Position numbers and translations under genes: made by a program
Notes under the pieces: generated by a model
Told to the model about the DNA's origin: nothing
What the model saw: the letters and a program-made list of their open reading frames with translations, nothing else
The model's database searches: none
Shown: piece by piece, positions 1 to 9,218 of the stretch
Layout: the number at the start of each line of letters is the position of its first letter
Position numbering within the stretch: the first letter of the stretch is position 1
From: Chloroflexota bacterium
GTDB lineage: Bacteria > Chloroflexota > Dehalococcoidia > GIF9 > UBA5629
Direction: 5' to 3'
DNA: 64,000 bases
NCBI GenBank assembly: GCA_037443085.1
Contig: JBBIPA010000002.1
Coordinates: 79,658 to 143,657 of the forward strand

Positions 1-90
1 ATTCTCGTTCTCGCCGATCTCTACCTTGGTATCCATGACTTTGACTACGGGGCAGCAGGAACCTGCTTTGCATAATGATACGATTTTCAT
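1..90 (-). CDS. partial ORF (first 30 codons, MKIVSLCKAGSCCPVVKVMDTKVEIGENEN..., continues past window start); small Cys-containing protein of unknown function
   Basis: ATG at 88-90 (reverse strand) preceded by AAGGAG RBS; frame open to window edge. Confidence 0.3.
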   Translation of the reverse strand, partial: MKIVSLCKAGSCCPVVKVMDTKVEIGENEN

Positions 91-208
91 TTTCACTCCT
101 TACTTTTTAGATTTTTAGAAGTATGCATAGCCCCACCCGCGGGCAGAAACACTCTGTTAATTTTATACTAACTCCAACCCATAAGTACAAACTGTTTCAT
201 TTGCCAGC

Positions 209-481
209 TCAGCCGCCATGTATCAGCGCGACGATGGTAAGCTCGTCACCGTCCTTTACCGGTTTAGCCAGGTCTTCAGGATAGCAACTCGTTGAATTCA
301 CATAAACATCCCAGAGGTCAGCCAGCTTGCCCTCTTTATCATAAAGCTGTTCCTTTATCCCGGGACACTTCGCCTCTAAATCATCGAGGCATTCTCCAAC
401 CGTTTTTCCCTTCACGGCAATCGTCTTCTCCCCCACGGTATATTGCCGTAGAAAGGAATGTATCCGTATGGTCACGCTCAT
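209..481 (-). CDS. MoaD/ThiS-family sulfur-carrier protein (90 aa, C-terminal ...DGDELTIVALIHGG)
   Basis: Internal Met of ORF 209-628 gives a 90 aa product with beta-grasp ThiS/MoaD pattern and C-terminal Gly-Gly; longer ORF would overlap rel. Confidence 0.7.
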   Translation of the reverse strand: MSVTIRIHSFLRQYTVGEKTIAVKGKTVGECLDDLEAKCPGIKEQLYDKEGKLADLWDVYVNSTSCYPEDLAKPVKDGDELTIVALIHGG

Positions 482-558
482 TCTGATATTATACGCCAAG
501 TGCATGATATAACGCATTTGCATCGATTCGTGAATTTGCATTATCATAACCTTTACAG

Positions 559-2727
559 GTGGCGGATATGGATGCGACTCCTCTGATAGAAAAAGCCAAA
601 CAATACCTGCCTCAGGAGAAATTGGCATTAATCGAGGCAGCCTATCAATTTGCCGCTAAAGCGCATGAAGGACAGGTACGCAAATCGGGCGCGCCTTATC
701 TGGAACACCCTGTGGAAACGGCTTCGATTCTGGCAGACCTCCAGCTTGATGCCTCCACTCTAGCTGCCGCCTTGCTCCATGACGTCACTGAAGACTGCAA
801 AGTCCCTCTCTCTGAAATCGAGGCTAAGTTCGGCCCGGAGATAAGCAAGCTGGTGGAAGGCGTCACCAAATTGAGCAGACTGTCCTGGCATAGGAGCGCC
901 GCAGACAAAAAGAATTCCCAGGCGGAGAACCTGCGTAAAATGCTGATCGCCATGGCAGAGGACCTGAGGGTAATATTCATCAAACTTGCGGACCGATTGC
1001 ACAATATGCGGACGCTGTCTCCCCTGTCGCCTGAGAAAAGGCGCCACATTGCTCGTGAGACGCTGGACATATATGCGCCGCTCGCCCACAGGCTGGGCAT
1101 CTGGGAAGTAAAGTGGCAATTGGAAGACCTGTCCTTCCGCTATCTCGAGCCGCAACAGTATCGCCAGGTCGCCAAACTGGTATCGGCGCGTCGTACCGAG
1201 AGAGAAAATTACATGGCGGAAACTACCAGGACACTGGAGCAGGAGCTGGAGAAGGCAGCCGTCAAAGCCAAGGTATTCGGCCGCGCCAAGCACATTTACA
1301 GCATCTATAATAAGATAAACAAGTACGCTGCCCAGGGCAAAGATTTCGGCGATATTCACGACCTCTTTGCCCTGCGAATTCTGGTGGATACCGTCCCTGA
1401 CTGCTACAAAGCGCTCGGCGTCATCCACAATTTATGGCATCCCCTGCCCGAAGAGTTTTCTGACTACATCGCCAATCCTAAAGACAACGGATATCAATCT
1501 CTGCATACCACCGTGCTCCTTCGCGGCACTACCCCGCTCGAAGTTCAAATTCGGACTTACGAGATGCACCGAATTGCTGATTACGGCGTTGCTGCCCACT
1601 GGCGTTACAAGGAGAGCGGTAAACCGGACATACAGTTCGAGGATAAAATCGCCTGGCTGCGCCAGCTTATCGAATGGCAGAGCGAGCTGGACAGCGAGCA
1701 ATTCCTGGAATCGCTGAAAACAGATGTTTTCAGCGACCAGGTCTTTGCCTACACTCCCAAAGGAGAAATTAAGGCTCTGCCGAGAGGCGCTACCCCCCTC
1801 GACTTTGCCTATAGAATCCATACGGAACTGGGACATCGCTGCATCGGCACCAAGGTAAACGGCAAACTGGTGCCGCTGAACCATGAATTGAAAAATGGCG
1901 ATATTATAGAAATCATGGTAACCAAAGCCGACAGAGGTCCCAGCTTGGATTGGCTCAATCCAGACCTGGGCTATGTCAAAACTTCTCATGCCAAAGAGAA
2001 AATCCGCCAGTGGTTTAAGAAACAGGAGCGCACGCTTAACATAGAGCGCGGCCGGCAGCTTCTGGAGAGAGAGGTGAAGCGCTTAGGCATAATCCTGCCC
2101 AATACCGACGATATCGCTCGCTTAATGAACTATGAAACGTACGATGATTTTCTGGCAGCCATCGGCAGCGGCGGCGTCACCGCCCATCAACTGGTGCTCA
2201 AACTAACCGAGGAGCCGGAAGAACCACCGCTGCCCGTAGCCAAAGTCCTGCCTTCAGAAAAACCGAACATCCTGGGAATCCAGGTCCTCGGCGTCGGCGA
2301 TTTGCTTACCCGGCTGGGCGTCTGCTGTAATCCTTTGCCCGGCGATGATATAATTGGTTTCATTACTCGCAGCCAGGGGATTACGGTACATCGTAAAGAC
2401 TGCCCCAACATCATCAACTTAAAAGAAAAGGAACGCTTAATCGAAGTGAAGTGGGGCAAGGTGCACGAGGTATATCCGGTCAATATTGAAATTGAAACAT
2501 GGAACCGGGTAGGAGTGCTGAGGGACATTGCGGCTGTGATTGCTGAGGAGAATATAAATATATCTACTATCAACGTTGAGGAACACGGCGATACCAGCTT
2601 TATGTTTTTTGTCCTGGATATCAACAACATGATACAGCTTAACCATATACTATCGAAGATTCGCAGTGTGCGCGGCGTTATCAATGCCGCAAGGAGCAGC
2701 CGAACCAAGGCTGCCATTAATTCTTAA
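559..2727 (+). CDS. rel: bifunctional (p)ppGpp synthetase/hydrolase RelA/SpoT (HD, synthetase, TGS, ACT domains)
   Basis: 722 aa; HD hydrolase motif region, RelA_SpoT synthetase region, C-terminal TGS/ACT pattern. Confidence 0.95.
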   Translation: MADMDATPLIEKAKQYLPQEKLALIEAAYQFAAKAHEGQVRKSGAPYLEHPVETASILADLQLDASTLAAALLHDVTEDCKVPLSEIEAKFGPEISKLVEGVTKLSRLSWHRSAADKKNSQAENLRKMLIAMAEDLRVIFIKLADRLHNMRTLSPLSPEKRRHIARETLDIYAPLAHRLGIWEVKWQLEDLSFRYLEPQQYRQVAKLVSARRTERENYMAETTRTLEQELEKAAVKAKVFGRAKHIYSIYNKINKYAAQGKDFGDIHDLFALRILVDTVPDCYKALGVIHNLWHPLPEEFSDYIANPKDNGYQSLHTTVLLRGTTPLEVQIRTYEMHRIADYGVAAHWRYKESGKPDIQFEDKIAWLRQLIEWQSELDSEQFLESLKTDVFSDQVFAYTPKGEIKALPRGATPLDFAYRIHTELGHRCIGTKVNGKLVPLNHELKNGDIIEIMVTKADRGPSLDWLNPDLGYVKTSHAKEKIRQWFKKQERTLNIERGRQLLEREVKRLGIILPNTDDIARLMNYETYDDFLAAIGSGGVTAHQLVLKLTEEPEEPPLPVAKVLPSEKPNILGIQVLGVGDLLTRLGVCCNPLPGDDIIGFITRSQGITVHRKDCPNIINLKEKERLIEVKWGKVHEVYPVNIEIETWNRVGVLRDIAAVIAEENINISTINVEEHGDTSFMFFVLDINNMIQLNHILSKIRSVRGVINAARSSRTKAAINS

Positions 2728-2741
2728 GAAAGGAGACAGGT

Positions 2742-3059
2742 TTGCCTAAAAGTACATCAGCTGAAAAAGCAGCCCGAGCCAGCGAAAGGAAACGGTTACG
2801 CAACCGTTCCATAAAAAGTGCCTCGAAGACGTACGTTGCCAAAGCAGAGGGCATGATTCAAGGCAACGAGCTTGATTCAGCCCAAGCAGTGGTAACAGAA
2901 GCGATAAGTGTCTTGGATAAGGCAGCCAAGAAGAGGGTGATTCATCCACATACTGCCAGCAGACGCAAGTCCCGGCTCATGAAGAAACTGCAAAAGGCGA
3001 AAGCCGCTGCCAAAACCACTGCAACCACGGCTGAGGCCAAAACAAAGAAGAAAAACTAG
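2742..3059 (+). CDS. rpsT: 30S ribosomal protein S20
   Basis: 105 aa basic Ala/Lys-rich protein typical of S20; TTG start 6 nt after AGGAGA. Confidence 0.9.
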   Translation: MPKSTSAEKAARASERKRLRNRSIKSASKTYVAKAEGMIQGNELDSAQAVVTEAISVLDKAAKKRVIHPHTASRRKSRLMKKLQKAKAAAKTTATTAEAKTKKKN

Positions 3060-3070
3060 GCTATAAATTA

Positions 3071-3130
3071 AAGCCCGTTCTCAGAGTATTCGGTAATAAC
3101 ACCTTTATCGGAGAACGGGCTTTGATTTTG
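3071..3130 (+). terminator. intrinsic terminator after rpsT (12-bp stem AAGCCCGTTCTC...GAGAACGGGCTT then TGATTTTGG)
   Basis: perfect 12 bp inverted repeat 3071-3082/3111-3122 followed by T-rich tract; also lies 3' of convergent ilvE. Confidence 0.55.
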
Positions 3131-3145
3131 GTGATGATGAGACTG

Positions 3146-4065
3146 CTATCGATGTGACGCCTTAGACACTTTAGAGTATACCGGGCTGCACCAATCTCGA
3201 TATTTCGAATTCTTGCCCTGTATCACCTGGAAGTAAATCTTCTGTAGCTCCCCGGTGATTTTTCCGGTCTTACCATTGCCCACTGGCCGCTCATCAACCT
3301 CTATTATCGGAGTGACATGGGCGGCAGTGCCGGTGAAAAATGCTTCATCAGCAATATAAAGCTCACTGCGGTCAATAGACCTCTCTATGGTCTCTATGCC
3401 CAGCTCCTTCCTGGCCAGTTGCATCACCGTATCCCGGGTGATGCCCATCAATATATTATCAGGGCTTGGCGGTGTTACCAGCTTATCTTTAAGCACAATG
3501 AAAATATTCTCGCCACTACCCTCGGCAACATGACCGTCGTGACTCAACAGGATAGCCTCATCAAAACCTCTTTCGATAGCCTCGCTCTTTGCCAGGGCGC
3601 TGTTCACATAAATGCCGGTAATCTTGCCCCTGGCGGGAATCATGGTATCATCAACACGTCGCCATGAAGACGTGCAGCAGCGCACCCCCTTATCGGCATC
3701 GAGATATGCCGGCAAGATTACCACCAGGATGAAAAAATCATCTTCTATATCATGGAGACGAACTCCCACTCTCTCAGCACTTTTATATGCCAGAGGACGT
3801 ATGTACACATCCTCCTTGTACCCGCTTTTTTCCACCAGTTTCACGGTGAGGTCACATAATTCCTCGACGGTGTACGGCAGCCCTGATGGAGACGCTCATA
3901 ATGCTCTTTGGCACGGAATACAAAAACTTGCTCCTGTTCAGCATTCCAGTTACCGCGTATGCCCTCAAAGCAGGCAGTGCCATAATGCAGGGCATGGGTC
4001 AGAATTCCAATTTTGGCCTCCTCCAGAGGCATGAACTGTTTTCGGAAAAAAGCATACGGAGGCAT
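3146..4065 (-). pseudogene. ilvE: branched-chain amino acid aminotransferase (class IV) with disrupted reading frame (N-terminal 74 aa in one frame, C-terminal 232+ aa in another)
   Basis: ORF 3841-4065 encodes ...EAKIGILTHALHYGTACFEGIRG...FRAKEHYERLHQ; ORF 3146-3844 frame encodes LPYTVEELCDLTVKLVEKSGYKEDVYIRPL...SSWRR...NYVNS...EGSGENIF; frames switch near 3850-3880 with about 5 residues missing relative to E. coli IlvE. Confidence 0.7.
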
Positions 4066-4438
4066 TACCGTTCCTCCCCCCTTTCAATTTTGCTGCAAAA
4101 GTGAAAGTTATTATAGCTTTTGATTCTCACAAAAACAAGATTTTTGCCAGTTTTCCCTGCGGCAACCAAAGTCGCTGCCACTAACCTCAATCATCAGTTC
4201 AGAACCGCACAGCTTACTTTGATTCAGTGGGGGCAGACGAGTAACTGCCGGTATCAACATGTTGCAATAATCCTAAACCTATTGACTATGAGTACGTTAT
4301 GGCATATGATATGTTCAACATACATACGGTATTAGCCACATTAGTTACCATCAGGGGGCAAAAGCCGCAGCTTGCGGTAATGCTTTTTTAATCAGGGGGA
4401 ATGGGGGAAGTACTAGAAGTATTGGAGGGGTAAAAACG

Positions 4439-5515
4439 ATGATTACGATTAAATGTCCCAAATGCCAGACGGATAATCTTTATGATGCCGAATTCTGTCG
4501 CCATTGTGGCTTGAGACTAGCCAAAGACTGCCCCAGTTGCAGCGCCAGCAATCCTCATCAATTCACCTTCTGTACCCAATGCGGGCAGATCCTGGTATCT
4601 CCTCCACTAACCCCCGTAGTAGAGGCGAAGGAGGCAGCAAAGGCCGAAGTATCCGAAGAAATCAAAGAAAAAGTTCAGGTGGCCCCGGAGAAAGAAGCAG
4701 AGGCGCCGGAACCAGTTGCCCAAATAGCACCCCAAGAAATAATTGAGGAGGCGCCGAAGGCAGAAGTCAAAGAGGAAGCCAGAGAAGAAGTAGCCATAGA
4801 TGTGGTGATGCCTGACAGGGTATTGACCGGCATCAGCGGCCTCGACCCCCTTATTGGCGGGGGCTTCTTAGCCGGCAAAGTCTATTTAGTCAGCGGCGAA
4901 TCCGGCACCGGCAAAACCGTGTTCGGCATGCAGTTCCTGTACCAGGGGCTTGTCCTGGGTGAAAACGGCATCTATATTTCAGCAGAGGACAAACCGGCTC
5001 ACCTCATCGTTGATGCCGAGTCTTTGGGCTGGGACTTGAGGAAATACGTCCGGGAACGAAAGCTGGGGCTGATGGACATATCATCCTATTTTGCTGAGAT
5101 GCGTTCTGGCAGGGCAACAACTATTGATGTTGACGCTGTGATTATTGACCTCGCCCGTCAGGTCAGGGAGCTTAATGCCCAACGTATCGTCATTGATACC
5201 ATTGCACCTCCGGTATGCGCGCAGGAGCACTACTCGTATATACAGGAATATGTGCGGCATCTGGTAGCTGCTATCGAGGATAACCTGGGCTGTACCGTAG
5301 TGGTCACCTCCGGCATACCTGCCGGCTCCGCGGCTCTCTCCCGCTATGGCATTGAGGAGTTCGTGGCTGAGGGAGTCATCGTTCTGGGAATGGCTAGTTT
5401 CAACGGTTATTGGTTTCGCACGCTGTCTATCAGGAAAATGCGCAGCACTTTTTCCGACCTCAATAACCATTTCTTCGATATCCTTCCTCAAAGAGGTATG
5501 GTAATCAGGGGATAA
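4439..5515 (+). CDS. KaiC/RecA-superfamily ATPase with N-terminal double zinc ribbon and acidic Glu/Ala/Lys/Pro linker
   Basis: N-terminal CPKC...CRHC...CPSC...CTQC; Walker A GESGTGKT after GISGLDPLIGGG (KaiC/Rad55-like). Confidence 0.75.
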   Translation: MITIKCPKCQTDNLYDAEFCRHCGLRLAKDCPSCSASNPHQFTFCTQCGQILVSPPLTPVVEAKEAAKAEVSEEIKEKVQVAPEKEAEAPEPVAQIAPQEIIEEAPKAEVKEEAREEVAIDVVMPDRVLTGISGLDPLIGGGFLAGKVYLVSGESGTGKTVFGMQFLYQGLVLGENGIYISAEDKPAHLIVDAESLGWDLRKYVRERKLGLMDISSYFAEMRSGRATTIDVDAVIIDLARQVRELNAQRIVIDTIAPPVCAQEHYSYIQEYVRHLVAAIEDNLGCTVVVTSGIPAGSAALSRYGIEEFVAEGVIVLGMASFNGYWFRTLSIRKMRSTFSDLNNHFFDILPQRGMVIRG

Positions 5516-5638
5516 CCGTAGCAGTAAACTTCACCACCATCATCACCCGAAATAAGGGCTGGCATAGCTCTCCCCATCAATGCTATAGTATAGCCAGTTC
5601 ATGCCATAAATCAGGCAGCATAAAGCAGGAATCAACGT

Positions 5639-7081
5639 ATGGAACGTTACCCACTCATCGAAGAAATCAGCACACCCCTGGCTCCCCCTGCGGTTTTCGA
5701 CCTGTTTCATCAGGAGACGAATAGCTGCTTTCTCGATAGCGGCATGGACCCCCAGCGGCTGGGCAGGTATTCCTTCATCGGTGTCGACCCGTTTGTGGTG
5801 ATGCGGAGCTACGGCAGGGATATTGAGCTTTCTTGGAAACACAGTCGCAGGTTGGAGCAGGGCAATCCCTTCGATGTCCTGGACAGGTTGCTGAATCTGT
5901 ACAGTCTGGACCCCGCTCCGGCGCCGGTACCCTTTCTCGGCGGAGCCATAGGTTATCTCAGCTATGACCTGTGCCATTTCATCGAGCGCCTGCCGGCAAC
6001 TGCCAAAGACGACCTGGAGTTCCCCGAAAGCTATTTCGCCTTTTATGACACTATCCTCGCCTTCGATAACCTGGAAAACAAAGCGTATATCGTCTCCACC
6101 GGTTTTCCTGAGCTTCAGGAAGAGGCAAGGGTGAAAAGGGCCAGGGAGCGGCTGGAGGAGATGAAACAAAGGCTGACGGCGCCGCCGGCACCGGCCGCGG
6201 CAAGCAGCCTCCCCGCCGCCAGGGAAAACAGCGAGGCCGTGCTCAAGTCAAACTTCACCCATGAAGACTACATCAAGGCAGTACAAAAAGCCCGGGACTA
6301 TATTATCGCTGGCGATATTTTCCAGGTGAACCTTTCGCAGCGTTTCGAGACCGCTTTAACTGTCCCTCCCTACGAGCTTCACCAGCGCCTGCGGCAGATT
6401 AATGCCGTCCCCTTTGCCGCCTATCTTAACTTCGATGAGATTACTGTTATCAGCGCTTCTCCGGAAAGGTTCCTCCGCGTTGCCGGCGACCAGGTGGAGA
6501 CCCGCCCCATCAAGGGCACCAAACCGCGCGGCAAAGACCCACAGCAGGACGCCACGCTCGCCCAGGAGCTGCTCGAAAGCGTTAAGGATAGAGCAGAGAA
6601 TGTGATGATTGTAGACCTGGAGCGAAATGACCTGGGCCGGGTCTGCCAGTATGGCTCGGTGAAAGTTACCGAGCTGGCGATACTGGAAACATTCCCCACG
6701 ATTTTTCATCTCACCTCTACCGTGGTCGGCAGGCTGCGGTCTGATATTAATCGTATCGATTTGCTCCGCGCTTCTTTCCCCGGTGGCTCTATCACCGGCG
6801 CCCCCAAGGTGCGGGCTATGGAAATTATCGACGAACTGGAACCTACCCGAAGGAGCGTGTACACCGGGGCTATTGGATATTTGAGCTTCAGCGAGCATCT
6901 CGACCTCAACATTGTCATCCGCACCTTTTTGGTCAAGGGGAATAAAGTCTATTTCCAGCTTGGCGGCGCCATAGTGTATGATTCCGACCCGCAGGCTGAG
7001 TACGAGGAAACGCTGCACAAGGGCAAAGCGCTGATTCAGGCGCTCCGCCTGGCTCCCAGCGTAGCCATACAAACCAAATGA
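5639..7081 (+). CDS. pabB: aminodeoxychorismate synthase component I
   Basis: chorismate-binding enzyme; PIKGT motif (Lys, not Ala as in TrpE); followed by amidotransferase and class IV lyase. Confidence 0.8.
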   Translation: MERYPLIEEISTPLAPPAVFDLFHQETNSCFLDSGMDPQRLGRYSFIGVDPFVVMRSYGRDIELSWKHSRRLEQGNPFDVLDRLLNLYSLDPAPAPVPFLGGAIGYLSYDLCHFIERLPATAKDDLEFPESYFAFYDTILAFDNLENKAYIVSTGFPELQEEARVKRARERLEEMKQRLTAPPAPAAASSLPAARENSEAVLKSNFTHEDYIKAVQKARDYIIAGDIFQVNLSQRFETALTVPPYELHQRLRQINAVPFAAYLNFDEITVISASPERFLRVAGDQVETRPIKGTKPRGKDPQQDATLAQELLESVKDRAENVMIVDLERNDLGRVCQYGSVKVTELAILETFPTIFHLTSTVVGRLRSDINRIDLLRASFPGGSITGAPKVRAMEIIDELEPTRRSVYTGAIGYLSFSEHLDLNIVIRTFLVKGNKVYFQLGGAIVYDSDPQAEYEETLHKGKALIQALRLAPSVAIQTK

Positions 7082-7668
7082 TTCTGGTAATCGATAATTA
7101 CGATTCTTTCGTGTACAACCTGGCGCAGTACCTGGGTGAGCTGGGCTGGGAGCCGGTGGTATTCCGCAACGATATGATTACGCTGGACAAAATCCAGGCG
7201 CTGATCCCCAGCCACATCGTTATTTCTCCAGGTCCCAAGACGCCATCTGATTCCGGCATTTCCAATGACGTGGTAAAACACTTCGGCGGCAAAATACCTA
7301 TCCTCGGCGTCTGCCTGGGACATCAATGCATCGGTCATGTCTATGGCGGCATTATCGATAAAGCCATGGTGCCGGTGCATGGCAAGACCTGGCTCATCCA
7401 TCACGATGGTGAAACCATCTATCGAAACATACCCAATCCCTTCAGCGCAGCCCGTTATCATTCGCTGGTCATCAAGAAGGATAATCTGCCCTCCTGCCTC
7501 AAAATCACTGCCTGGACGGAGGAGGGGGAGATAATGGGCGTCAGGCATAACGAATTCGTGGTCGAGGGCATCCAGGTGCATCCCGAATCCATACTGACCC
7601 CTGCTGGGCATGACCTGCTCACCAACTTCCTCAGCTATACCGGGGCAACCTGGCCCAGAGGCGTGTAG
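7078..7668 (+). CDS. pabA: aminodeoxychorismate/anthranilate synthase glutamine amidotransferase component II
   Basis: class I GATase (GVCLGHQ catalytic Cys); ATGA start/stop overlap with pabB. Confidence 0.8.
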   Translation: MILVIDNYDSFVYNLAQYLGELGWEPVVFRNDMITLDKIQALIPSHIVISPGPKTPSDSGISNDVVKHFGGKIPILGVCLGHQCIGHVYGGIIDKAMVPVHGKTWLIHHDGETIYRNIPNPFSAARYHSLVIKKDNLPSCLKITAWTEEGEIMGVRHNEFVVEGIQVHPESILTPAGHDLLTNFLSYTGATWPRGV

Positions 7669-8550
7669 ATGGCAGAGATTGTGTACCTCAATGGGGTTCT
7701 GGTTCCGCTGTCACTGACGAACATCTCGCCGTTCGACCATGGCTTCCTCTACGGCTATGGCCTGTTTGAAACTATGCGTGCCTATAACGGTATTATTTTT
7801 CGCTTGGAACGCCATCTGGACAGGCTGCGCCAGGCTGCCGAAATGCTGGGACTGCATAGCCGGCTGGCTAACTTCGACCTGGAAAGTGCCTGTTACCATG
7901 TTCTATCCACCAACGAACTGAGCGATGCCCGCCTCAGGCTTACCGTATCGGCGGGCGAAGGCGACATCGTCCCCAACCCGACTGCCTGCCAGGGCATAAC
8001 TGTTTTCATCGTGGCTCGCAAGCTGACACCGCTACCACTGGAACAGTATGAGAAAGGCTACACGGCGATAGTCTCTTCGTTGCGACGCAATAGCCAGTCG
8101 CTGCTGTCACGACTCAAGACCAGCTGTTATCTGGAGAATGTTCTGGCCAGGCAGGAGGCTAAAGCTGCGGGTGCTGATGAAGCGGTGCTGTTAAATGAGC
8201 AAGAGCTGGTTGCCGAAGGTAGCGGCAGTAATATCTTCTTAGTGCATAAAGGGCAGCTAGTTACTCCCTCGATAGACTGCGGCGCACTTCCCGGCATTAC
8301 CCGCCAGGCGGTGCTGGAACTGGCATCATCACTGGGCATCAGGGCAACTGAAACTGAACTAAAACCAGAGAAGCTCTTCGAGGCCGATGAGGCTTTCTTT
8401 ACCAACTCCATCATCGAGATTATGCCGCTGACGCGCCTCGACGACAAACCAATTGGCTCAGGAAAACCCGGTGACCTGACCCTGCGTCTCATGGAAACCT
8501 ACACCAAGCTGGTGGCAGGGTATCAGCGTGCGCAAGCAGGCAATAGCTGA
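7669..8550 (+). CDS. pabC: aminodeoxychorismate lyase (class IV aminotransferase fold)
   Basis: 293 aa fold-type IV PLP enzyme immediately after pabBA; start codon abuts pabA stop. Confidence 0.7.
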   Translation: MAEIVYLNGVLVPLSLTNISPFDHGFLYGYGLFETMRAYNGIIFRLERHLDRLRQAAEMLGLHSRLANFDLESACYHVLSTNELSDARLRLTVSAGEGDIVPNPTACQGITVFIVARKLTPLPLEQYEKGYTAIVSSLRRNSQSLLSRLKTSCYLENVLARQEAKAAGADEAVLLNEQELVAEGSGSNIFLVHKGQLVTPSIDCGALPGITRQAVLELASSLGIRATETELKPEKLFEADEAFFTNSIIEIMPLTRLDDKPIGSGKPGDLTLRLMETYTKLVAGYQRAQAGNS

Positions 8551-8626
8551 CGTCAATAAAGGGGTATTTCAATCAACCGTTCAGTTTGATATACTACGTT
8601 ATCCCCGGAAAAAAAAGGAGGTATTG

Positions 8627-9193
8627 ATGGCGGATTCCACATCACTTATCAACAAAATGGTACGGGCGGCAAAATTAGATGTCAACCTCTACGAATCAGT
8701 CGAAGCCGATACAAAGGCAACCAAAGAAGCGTTAATCGTAGTCATCATCGTGAGCGTGCTCAGCGGCATTGGTGCTGGCATCGCCGGCCTTATCGGTGGC
8801 TCAGGAGCGCTCAATTTCATCTGGGGTCTGCTGGGTGGCATTGTCAGCGCGCTGATAGGCTGGATTATCTGGTCATGGCTGACCTGGCTTATCGGCACCA
8901 AGCTGCTGAAAGGTCACCAGACTTCAGCCACCTGGGGGGAACTGCTGCGCACCATCGGCTTTGCACATTCACCGGGCGTGCTCCGCCTCTTCGTCTTCAT
9001 CCCGGTTATCGGCGGCATCATCGCCTTCGCCGTGATGATATGGTCGCTCATTGCTGCAGTCATCGCAGTAAGGCAGGCGCTGGACTTTTCTACCTGGCGC
9101 GCCCTGGGCACCTGCATACTGGGATGGATAATCATGGTGGTGATTGTTGCGCTGGTGGGACTGTTGATACCAGGCGCCAGATGGCTTTTCTAA
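8627..9193 (+). CDS. Yip1-domain integral membrane protein
   Basis: ATG 8627 follows AAAAAAAGGAGG; 5 predicted TM helices rich in Gly/Ile/Trp. Confidence 0.6.
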   Translation: MADSTSLINKMVRAAKLDVNLYESVEADTKATKEALIVVIIVSVLSGIGAGIAGLIGGSGALNFIWGLLGGIVSALIGWIIWSWLTWLIGTKLLKGHQTSATWGELLRTIGFAHSPGVLRLFVFIPVIGGIIAFAVMIWSLIAAVIAVRQALDFSTWRALGTCILGWIIMVVIVALVGLLIPGARWLF

Positions 9194-9218
9194 ATCGCCG
9201 AGCATCACGCAGAAATAG

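Noticed and set aside
696-1989. ORFs of 134-222 aa antisense to rel (696-1100, 760-1428, 1432-1989)
   Set aside because: They lie entirely inside the well-supported rel frame, are low complexity or Arg-rich, and have no family resemblance. They are typical antisense artefacts of a GC-rich gene.
4066-4438. T-box or other riboswitch leader upstream of ilvE
   Set aside because: No T-box (AATTAGGGTGGTACCGCG-like) or other riboswitch consensus was found. Only a short hairpin plus T-run at about 4368-4395.
5543-6169. 208-aa ORF on the minus strand
   Set aside because: It overlaps the pabB N-terminus, and it has no RBS or recognisable domain.
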